Position numbers and translations under genes: made by a program. The notes beneath the pieces were generated by a model. It had not been told where the DNA came from. It saw only the letters and a list, made by a program, of their open reading frames with translations, and did no database searches. Of a DNA stretch of 64,000 bases, positions 49,187 to 56,919 are shown in pieces. How positions within the stretch are numbered: position 1 is the first letter of the stretch; every line of letters begins with the position of its first letter. The DNA is from a virus: positions 28,737 to 92,736 of IMG/VR virus record IMGVR_UViG_3300043823_000671, one strand, 5' to 3'.

Positions 49187-50901
49187 GCCTAGAAATGGGC
49201 GATATTGAAAAGGGCATTTTCCAGCCCAACTTCTACACGTTCACCAATACAGACATAGTTCGCCGGGAGCCACTGGGCGGGGATTACAAGGGAAACCAAA
49301 ATGCCGGTTTTACCTACGTCCAATTCAAAGACGGCTCACGGGGTATAGAAAAGCAAATGAAAGACTGGTACGGGAATAAAACCGGTCGCCTTTACAAAGC
49401 CGAGGTTCTTGCGACGCAAGAATACTTAGCATCACGTGTCGGTGAGGTAATGAATGCCCCGATTCGGGATTGCCTTTTTACCTCAGATGACGCCAAGACA
49501 ATCATCATGCCTTACGTTTTGGGCAAGTCGGGGGAGGAACTTGGCGGGGAGGGTGTCCCGGAAAACGAGCAAGGCGTAGCCCTGAATCTCTTCGATTACT
49601 TGACAGCCAACTCCGACCGTAGACCCAAGAATCTCTTGTTCACCGATGACAATCGAATCGTCGGAATCGACCACGCTCTTTGTAACTTCAGACCCCGTAC
49701 GCCAAGTCCAGAACTTGTTTCGCAACTTTGGAATTTTGGGGTAAACGCCGAGAGCCTCAATATTTTGAAGCCAAAGTTGGAGAACCTCGTCACCATTTTT
49801 GGGACGTTGGGGATGCTGGATAAGTTCCAAAACATGATTGGCAACTTAGACCTTCTTATAAAAGACCTAGAAGAAATCGCCCAGTATGCGACAATCACCA
49901 AGAACGATGACTTCGAATCCCGCCTGGGGCGATGCTACGAATTGGCTGGTTCCTATGCGCCAACGCAACCTGGCTCAACACTTATCCACGGGAGCATCCA
50001 GGGGTTTGGATATCCACGGATTGGTCACGCCTGGGTTCAGTTGAAAGACGGCTCTGTATGGGAGCCGACCACGGACACGGTCTACCCCGAAAAAACCTTT
50101 CGCTCTTATTTCAATGCGGAAATAACCAAGGCTTATGACCCGGCATCAGTGGCTAAAGGGGACGTAGCCGGACACGAATTCCATGGGAACCAGTACACCG
50201 GCGGGTTTGTGGCGCTCACATCAACGACGATTGATAAAAAACTGGGGAATAAGGAAATCCTGGGCGGGATACAAAACACAGGTTTTACCAAAGTCAGACT
50301 TTCCGATGGCTCAATCGGCATTATCAAGCATGGGATGAAGGAAGAAGAAGCAAACCGTGAAGTGCTTTCAGCGGATATCGCCCGTGCGATTGATGCGCCA
50401 ATCAGGGATGCTGTAATCGTAAAGCAAAGTCCCACGACGAATCGATGCGACGTGTTGCACCCTTTTGTTGCGGGAGAAACGCTGGCTCAAACATTTGGGA
50501 GCGAAGATATCGGCGCCGAAGAAACGCTGGGCTTAGTAAAAAATGAACTTGGTCCACAGGCGCTCAAGGATTTGCAGGGCATAGATTTTGCGGACTCCGT
50601 AATGGGTAACTCTGATGTCCACCTTGGCAACATCATGCAGTATGAAGAGAACGGCGTTACCCGGTTGGTTGGGATTGACCATGGACTATCAATCATGTAC
50701 CCCGAGTCGCCGGAAGAACTTGTTTCAAAAGCAGAAGCGCTCGGCATTGACAGCAAAACTATCAACGAGTACAACACCCACATGGAAGATGTGAAGAAGA
50801 CGACGAACGTAATACCCGCCCTTCGTGATGACTTCTCTTACGTCATGGAAAATTGGTCACAGTTTTATGACCTATGGAAGCGCAAAAACGCTCAAAAATA
50901 A
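49183..50901 (+). CDS. Tagged polyprotein: HipA/PI3-4K-like kinase, papain-like domain, second kinase
   Basis: FDYLTANSDRRPKNLL..GIDHAL; GRCYELA..LIHG..HAWV..VWEPT; tag at 50155; DSVMGNSDVHLGNIM..GIDHGL. Confidence 0.78.
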   Translation: MSLEMGDIEKGIFQPNFYTFTNTDIVRREPLGGDYKGNQNAGFTYVQFKDGSRGIEKQMKDWYGNKTGRLYKAEVLATQEYLASRVGEVMNAPIRDCLFTSDDAKTIIMPYVLGKSGEELGGEGVPENEQGVALNLFDYLTANSDRRPKNLLFTDDNRIVGIDHALCNFRPRTPSPELVSQLWNFGVNAESLNILKPKLENLVTIFGTLGMLDKFQNMIGNLDLLIKDLEEIAQYATITKNDDFESRLGRCYELAGSYAPTQPGSTLIHGSIQGFGYPRIGHAWVQLKDGSVWEPTTDTVYPEKTFRSYFNAEITKAYDPASVAKGDVAGHEFHGNQYTGGFVALTSTTIDKKLGNKEILGGIQNTGFTKVRLSDGSIGIIKHGMKEEEANREVLSADIARAIDAPIRDAVIVKQSPTTNRCDVLHPFVAGETLAQTFGSEDIGAEETLGLVKNELGPQALKDLQGIDFADSVMGNSDVHLGNIMQYEENGVTRLVGIDHGLSIMYPESPEELVSKAEALGIDSKTINEYNTHMEDVKKTTNVIPALRDDFSYVMENWSQFYDLWKRKNAQK

Positions 50902-50964
50902 ATAAAACGTTTTTACTAAACGTTGAAATACCAGCGTTTTGCCCACTACACGGCATTAGGGTGC

Positions 50965-50993
50965 TTGACCCCGAACGCACGTTCGGGTAAACT
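50965..50993 (+). promoter_or_regulatory. Promoter with a LexA (SOS/Cheo) box between -35 and -10
   Basis: TTGACC-N17-TAAACT; the spacer contains CGAAC-GCAC-GTTCG (50972-50985) within palindrome CCCGAACG-CA-CGTTCGGG. Confidence 0.7.
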
Positions 50994-51106
50994 CGGTAAA
51001 GCCCCCTAAGGGGGGCGCTACCCAAGGAGGCGTCTGTGACGAACAGCACCAACGTAAGTAGCCAAGCAGTGTTGCTTGGTTTTTGTCCCTCTGGCATTGG
51101 AGCCCG

Positions 51107-51691
51107 TTGAGGGGTCCGGTGCGAGGGATTGTGTTAGCCCTCGCTACTTCAGTAGGAATCTTGCACCCGCATATTCCGGCTTCTAGCACCGCCGTATCCC
51201 CGCACGTCCAAACTGCTAACCCGACCACAACCACTTCGGTCATGGTCGATAAGCCCCACGACGTGAGCGTAAGGCTCTCGCTTGAGACCCCCGTGAGCGT
51301 CAGCCCAACCCTGACCCCATTTGTGCAACAGACGGGTCAGAGGTTTGGAAAGGGAGCCCAAATTTCAGCACCTCGCCAAGCGATGGACGTAACGGCTGGC
51401 TCCCCGATGTCGCTTCTCCCCCCGGCAAGCCGAGCGGGGTTTACGTGCATTATGTGGATTGAGAGTCGGTCTACCCCGACAGACCTCCACCCGACTGACT
51501 TGAATACGAGTTCGTATGCAGGTGGCATCTTCCAGTTCTTGCCGTGGATTTGGCAGTATGCGGCTGGTCAACTTGGTATATCGGCTACCTACGCAAACGA
51601 AGCGACCATCTCCGAGCAGTTTCAGGTTGCCGGGTGGTATTACACACGCAATGGTGGTTTCTCGCCGGAGTGGACTGGCGACAACTGCTAG
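51107..51691 (+). CDS. Secreted Rpf/lysozyme-like transglycosylase
   Basis: Signal-like N-terminus, Thr/Pro linker, CI..IES....A.G.FQF...W......A..A...EQ...A...Y...G...W...C. Confidence 0.75.
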   Translation: MRGPVRGIVLALATSVGILHPHIPASSTAVSPHVQTANPTTTTSVMVDKPHDVSVRLSLETPVSVSPTLTPFVQQTGQRFGKGAQISAPRQAMDVTAGSPMSLLPPASRAGFTCIMWIESRSTPTDLHPTDLNTSSYAGGIFQFLPWIWQYAAGQLGISATYANEATISEQFQVAGWYYTRNGGFSPEWTGDNC

Positions 51692-52098
51692 TTGCTTTTT
51701 AGCAACAGGTTTGGTACGTTGGCTCCATGAACCTTACATTTGATGAATGGCTAGAGCACGGGCTGAGCAACGGATATTGCACTGAGCAATTTTGCGACAC
51801 TCATGACGGAATACCCGTAACAGAATCCGAAGACCGGTTATTCGAAGAAGGCTATGACCCTTGCATCCATTTGGTGAGGTTGGGCAACCCTGGAATCTGG
51901 AAAGAAAACGCCGACAACTACGGCACGGAATACGATGGGTAAGAACTGCAACCACAATTGGGTTATGAACTACGTTTCACCAAAGGTATTCGCCCGTTGC
52001 ATCAACTGCTCGGACCGCTTCCCCCTGGATGAGTCTGTAACTGGCACGCCATACAGAGGACCGGTCCCGGCGAAGTTCAAGAACGCCGAGGGGAATTC

Positions 52099-52127
52099 TT
52101 GATTCACTGACTAAACGGTGCTACACT
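52099..52127 (+). promoter_or_regulatory. Promoter with CTAAAC-N5-TACACT motif
   Basis: TTGATT-N17-TACACT upstream of the LexA-like gene. Confidence 0.6.
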
Positions 52128-52151
52128 TTTCCGAATCAGCCGAAGGAAGAA

Positions 52152-52538
52152 ATGACACGGAGTAACTACGTAACTCGCTCTGGCGATGACATTGTCAGGT
52201 ACATATCAAGGTACTGGAGCGAGTTGAATTGCTCCCCCACAATCAGGGATATTTGCAGGGCGTTCGACATCGCCAGCACTTCTACGGCGCTGTCAATTAT
52301 CAGAAACCTTGAGGCTCACGGAAAGATTGTCCGGGACCCTTACCGGCGCTCGATTCAAGTGGTCCAGGGCAAAACCCAGGGGGTCTGTCAGCACGATTGG
52401 AGGGTAAAAAACCCGAGTGCAAGTGACGGTATCTTTATTGTCCAGTGCCTGCACTGCGACAGGGTTACCGAGGTCGAATCTTCACCTCAAAGCGAAAAAC
52501 CAGAGACTTGGTTGAGATTTATGGGTGAAGTGCGGTAA
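52152..52538 (+). CDS. LexA-type winged-HTH protein lacking the S24 peptidase, with a Zn ribbon
   Basis: I..YI......SPTIRDI..AF.I.STST....I..LE..G.I.R...RSI; C-terminal CQHDW..CLHC. Confidence 0.78.
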   Translation: MTRSNYVTRSGDDIVRYISRYWSELNCSPTIRDICRAFDIASTSTALSIIRNLEAHGKIVRDPYRRSIQVVQGKTQGVCQHDWRVKNPSASDGIFIVQCLHCDRVTEVESSPQSEKPETWLRFMGEVR

Positions 52539-53179
52539 AGTGACAAGGGTATGGTAGTATCTGTGGAAACCCTGTTCACAAGGAGCACCCCCATGTCACT
52601 AAGTGTCCAAGAACTTTCAGACAAGGTATGGCAATCAGTAACCCAGGATGCGTACAGCGCATCCGACATTGGACGGCTTATTTCAATCGCTCTTTCTTTA
52701 GAGGAAGAGCGCAATTCGCTTTTGATTGAGAACGACCAACTCAAAGTCCACAACAAGTATCTGACCGATGCCGTAGAGTCGGCTGGGAAAAAGATTCAGC
52801 AACTTGAGCAGTTTGAGCAAACGTCACACCTTGTCCAGTACGCTGAAGAAAACGTATCTGGCAACTCATCGGAGAACTAATGGCAAAACTCGACTGGCGC
52901 AACGAAGATTTCAATCAATTCACGGTCGACGCCACGCCGTACCGCTACACCATCTGGGAAAACCCGCATGGTCCGTCGGAGTTGCGTATTATTCGCCGTG
53001 AAAATTTGGGCGGAATAATTACCCCAATGTATGACTTCTCCATTTTCACCTCGGACGTAAAGTCCGCAAAGAAGTTGGCAAAGAAGATTAATAAAGAGTT
53101 CCAAAAGCAGGCGGAATTCAATCCGCCTGCGACCCTTTAGTTCCACCACTTTGTCACACCACCGTGTTATGGTGGTTAG

Positions 53180-53995
53180 ATGAACTCAACCCCGGTAAAC
53201 ATAGGCATCAAGCCAACAGGCATTTCTCCTAGTCGTGTCAACCAAATAGAAACCTGCCCCAAGCAGTACCAATATGTTTCTATTGAGAAGTTGCACGAGA
53301 GCAAGAAGATGGCTACTTACCGTGGGACTTTCTTCCATGAAGTAATGGAGAAGGCGTTCCTCCGCACGATGGACGACCCAACTCAGCGTTCCCCGGAACT
53401 TGCTTTAGAGATTATGCGTGAGATTGTCCCCGTATCTTTGAGCGAAGAAATCGCCCAAGAGATGGGTCTCGATGGTCGTGGGGTCCAGGAGTTTTTAGCA
53501 GACGTATCGAAGTACATCCGCAATTATTTTTTGATGGAAGACCCCATGTCCATTGTCTCCGAGGGCATCGAAGTCAGGTATGACCTTGATATGGGCGGAT
53601 TTGGATTGAGGGGAATTCTTGACCGCCTCGACCGTGACCCTGACGGCTCGCTTGTTATTGCGGACTACAAGACGGGGAAGGTGCCGTCGGGTCGGTACAA
53701 AGATTCAGCACTCTTGCCTGCAAAAATCTACGCCTATTTATGCCAGGAAGTCCTTGGAGAGCGCCCCAAAACGATACGTCTTTACTACGTCCAGTTTGGG
53801 AAAACCATTGAGATTCGGGTGACCGATGATGATGTCGCATACGCCGAACAGCGTGTCCGACAGGCGTGGGCAAAGATTGAAGGATGGTGGGCTGACCAGT
53901 ATTTCCCAGCCACACCAAACAATCTTTGCAACGGGTGGTGCTCGTTCAAAAACATTTGCCCGGCGTGGAACCGGGAAGAAGACTTTCCATTCTGA
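53180..53995 (+). CDS. RecB/Cas4-like PD-(D/E)XK exonuclease
   Basis: SPS......CP..Y, RGT..H, RGILDRLD, IADYKTG, C..WC.F...CP. Confidence 0.9.
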   Translation: MNSTPVNIGIKPTGISPSRVNQIETCPKQYQYVSIEKLHESKKMATYRGTFFHEVMEKAFLRTMDDPTQRSPELALEIMREIVPVSLSEEIAQEMGLDGRGVQEFLADVSKYIRNYFLMEDPMSIVSEGIEVRYDLDMGGFGLRGILDRLDRDPDGSLVIADYKTGKVPSGRYKDSALLPAKIYAYLCQEVLGERPKTIRLYYVQFGKTIEIRVTDDDVAYAEQRVRQAWAKIEGWWADQYFPATPNNLCNGWCSFKNICPAWNREEDFPF

Positions 53996-54089
53996 TTCAA
54001 CACTTGCTTTTTTGAAAAAGCACTCTACGATTTGTTCTGTCAAGTCTGTTCGGGTTTTCACCTGACAGAATAAGTCGCAAGGAGATTGC

Positions 54090-54833
54090 GTGGCACGAAA
54101 GTTAGTGCGACTCAACATCAAGGAGACCAGTGGCGTAGACCGCCCTGCACACCTTCACGATGGATGGGTAGTTATGAAGTCTGCCTCCGCCTCCGATGTA
54201 ACTGCCGTACTTGACGCAATCCGCCCTGACCAAACTGGTGAGGGCGACCCCTCTGAGGCACCCGTCTCAGAGGTTTCCAAGACGGAAGGAATTTCCATGC
54301 CTGACACGGCTCTCGACGCAACTGAAGTTGTCGTCATCCCAGAGACCGCTACCGAGGACGAGATTTTGAAGGCTATGCCCGCTGTTGTCAAGAAGATGCT
54401 TGACGAGAGCAAGGCTACGGCTGAATCGGCTCTTCGTAAGGCGCAGGCTTCAGAGCAAGCCCTCATTGCCGAGCGTAACGCTCGTGCAGATGAGGCTTCA
54501 GTTCTGAAGGCTTCGCAGTGGTCGCACTTGAACATTGACCCGACCATCGTTGGTCCTAGCCTTCGTCAACTTTCCGAAGTTGACAACGCTTTGGCTACCG
54601 AGGTCGTAAAGGCTTTGGACTCGGCTAACGCCCAACTTGAGGCAAACACCGTGTTCACTGAAATCGGTACGGACGCCACGGTTTCCGCTGACGACGCTTT
54701 CTCCAAGATGGAATCGCTTGCCAAGGCTTCTGTAGCCAACGGCACGTCGCCCTCTTTTGAGTCGGCTCTGATGTCGGTCGCTCAGTCGAACCCGGACCTC
54801 TACACCGCTTACCTTAGCGAGAAGGCTCGATAA
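54090..54833 (+). CDS. Capsid scaffolding protein with an N-terminal protease-like strand
   Basis: MARKLVRLNIKETSGVDRPAH...WVVMK|S followed by coiled coil; directly upstream of decoration and MCP genes. Confidence 0.75.
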   Translation: MARKLVRLNIKETSGVDRPAHLHDGWVVMKSASASDVTAVLDAIRPDQTGEGDPSEAPVSEVSKTEGISMPDTALDATEVVVIPETATEDEILKAMPAVVKKMLDESKATAESALRKAQASEQALIAERNARADEASVLKASQWSHLNIDPTIVGPSLRQLSEVDNALATEVVKALDSANAQLEANTVFTEIGTDATVSADDAFSKMESLAKASVANGTSPSFESALMSVAQSNPDLYTAYLSEKAR

Positions 54834-54835
54834 CC

Positions 54836-55312
54836 ATGGCTTTTGAACAGAATCCATACGCAATTAAGGTGACGATGGTTGCCGACGCTTCTGCGGCGTC
54901 CGGTACCAGCACGTCGGTTGCCCTCCAGACCCAGTACACCTTCGTGAAGATTGCTTCGGCAAGCATCACGGGTGCCAACGAGTCCGGCTCGGTTGCTACT
55001 GCAGTCACCGCCATCACTGACCGTCCTTTGGGCATCCTTCAGAACCAGCCCAAGGCTTGGTTCAACGCCTCAAGCGCCCTCGAAGGCGTTTCGGAGGCTG
55101 AAGTCACCGTTTCTGGTGTGACGAAGGTTGTCGCTGGCGGAACCATTTCGGTTGGTTCGGTTATTGGTACGAGCGCAACTGGCACCGCCGTTGCGATTGT
55201 CCCCGGCACTGCTACCACTCAATACATCCTCGGGACCGCTTTGACTGCGGGCGTCGCTGGTGACATCATCACCATTGCCGTCGCTTGTCACAACAGCGCC
55301 CGTGCGGCGTAA
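54836..55312 (+). CDS. Capsid decoration/cement protein (DUF2190-like)
   Basis: Y.FVK..GILQN.P..V...G..KV.AG..I..G...G.A...G.AL...AGDII.I; between scaffold and MCP. Confidence 0.75.
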   Translation: MAFEQNPYAIKVTMVADASAASGTSTSVALQTQYTFVKIASASITGANESGSVATAVTAITDRPLGILQNQPKAWFNASSALEGVSEAEVTVSGVTKVVAGGTISVGSVIGTSATGTAVAIVPGTATTQYILGTALTAGVAGDIITIAVACHNSARAA

Positions 55313-55335
55313 GGCATAGAAAGGAATAACCAAAA

Positions 55336-56331
55336 ATGCCACAGCCCAACGTTAACAACGTTCACATCGATGCAATCTTGACCAACATCTCGGTTGCCTA
55401 CATCCAGAACACCAACAACTTCATTGCTGACAAGGTGTTCCCCGTTATCCCGGTTGACAAGAAGTCCAACCTGTACTTCAAGTACACGAAGGACGACTGG
55501 TTCCGTGACGAGGCTCAGCGCCGTGCCGATGGCACCGCTTCTGCTGGTTCCGGCTACGGTCTGTCGACTGACAACTACCAAGCGGACGTCTTCGCCTTCC
55601 ACAAGGACATTGGCGACCAGACCCGTGCCAACAGCGACAACCCGCTGAACCCCGACATGGAAGCGACTCAGTTCGTTACCCAGCGTCTTCTGCTTCGTCG
55701 TGAAGTCCAGTGGGCGACTGACTACTTCCAGTCAGGCGTTTGGAACAACAACGTCACCGGTTCGACCTCGTACTCGGCTGGTAGCACCACCTACAAGTGG
55801 AGCGACTACGTTGAGTCGACTACGTACAACTCGAACCCCATCACGGACGTAGAGTTGGCTAAGGCGACCGTTCTTCAGACCACTGGTTACGAGCCGAACA
55901 CGCTCGTTCTCGGCTACGCCGTATTCCAGACGTTGAAGAACCACCCGCTCTTGGTGGACCGCTACAAGTACACCCAAGCCGGTGCCATTGTCACCGAGGA
56001 CCTCTTGGCTCAACTCTTCGGCGTTGACCGTGTTCTCGTTGCCAAGGCTGTTGTCAACAGCGGTAAGGAAGGCTCGAACTCGCAGTCTTACAACTTCACC
56101 GTTGGCAACAACGCCCTGCTTTGCTACACCGCTCCGAACCCGGGTCTCATGACTCCTTCGGCTGGTTACACCTTCATGTGGACCGGCGTTTCGGGTGGTT
56201 TGGGCACGACCGTCGGCGTTTCTCGCTTCCGCATGGAAGAGTTGAAGGCTGACCGTGTTGAGGGCGAAGTCGCCTTCGACAACAAGGTCGTTGCCGCTGA
56301 CCTCGGCTACTTCTGGTCGAGCATCATCTAA
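55336..56331 (+). CDS. Major capsid protein
   Basis: DAILTNIS.AY..FIAD.VFP.IPV, LL.RE...A, W.D....PI.D, G..PN.LV.G, L..HP, PS.GYTF; strong codon bias. Confidence 0.88.
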   Translation: MPQPNVNNVHIDAILTNISVAYIQNTNNFIADKVFPVIPVDKKSNLYFKYTKDDWFRDEAQRRADGTASAGSGYGLSTDNYQADVFAFHKDIGDQTRANSDNPLNPDMEATQFVTQRLLLRREVQWATDYFQSGVWNNNVTGSTSYSAGSTTYKWSDYVESTTYNSNPITDVELAKATVLQTTGYEPNTLVLGYAVFQTLKNHPLLVDRYKYTQAGAIVTEDLLAQLFGVDRVLVAKAVVNSGKEGSNSQSYNFTVGNNALLCYTAPNPGLMTPSAGYTFMWTGVSGGLGTTVGVSRFRMEELKADRVEGEVAFDNKVVAADLGYFWSSII

Positions 56332-56333
56332 TC

Positions 56334-56633
56334 ATGGCTACCTCGCCCCGTCGTCAATACATAGTTGTAGAACCTTTCGAAACAAAGGGACCCAGCGCAT
56401 CATTGACGGCGGGGCAGGTAGTACCTGACATCTTCCAAGATGACTTCCTCCTTATCATGGAGACTCTTGGAAAAATCAAGGTAGTAGAAACGCCTACGCC
56501 TGCACCTGCTACAAAAACTGAGTCGGCACCTGTAAAGGATGCGACAGAAACCGCTCCAGCAGAGAGCGCACCAGCAGTCGCTGAAACAGCACCTGCCAAG
56601 CCCGCTCGTGGCGCCAAAAACGCCAAGAATTAG
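56334..56633 (+). CDS. Small Ala/Pro-rich virion-associated protein
   Basis: Position after the MCP. Confidence 0.5.
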   Translation: MATSPRRQYIVVEPFETKGPSASLTAGQVVPDIFQDDFLLIMETLGKIKVVETPTPAPATKTESAPVKDATETAPAESAPAVAETAPAKPARGAKNAKN

Positions 56634-56919
56634 TTCTTGCGTAGCCCCACATACAGGGGTATTCTTTCTTCATGTCACTTAAAGATGCTCAAAAGCGTTT
56701 GAGCAAGGACGTGAATTGTCGGGCATTCATTGTCTATCAATCTCTCAACGAAGAGGACCAGGCTGTTTTTGATTCCTTCATCGAAGAAGGTCTCCCGCCG
56801 GGAACTATTTGTCGCATCCTTGTTGCAGACGGTCACTCTATCGGAGACAAGACCATCCGTTATCACCTCATGGGTTCTTGCGCTTGTCCTCCATCAACAA
56901 AGCATCGTGGGGTTATGAA

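Noticed and set aside
3278-50196. GHxFHGNQ copies as a DNA repeat, mobile element or intein remnant
   Set aside because: The copies diverge at synonymous sites, are always in frame, and lack intein splice motifs or terminal repeats.
50990-51110. c-di-AMP (ydaO) riboswitch upstream of the Rpf-like gene
   Set aside because: The conserved ydaO sequence blocks are not present.
53180-53995. cas4 as part of a CRISPR system
   Set aside because: It is a stand-alone RecB/Cas4-like nuclease common in phages; there are no other cas genes or array.
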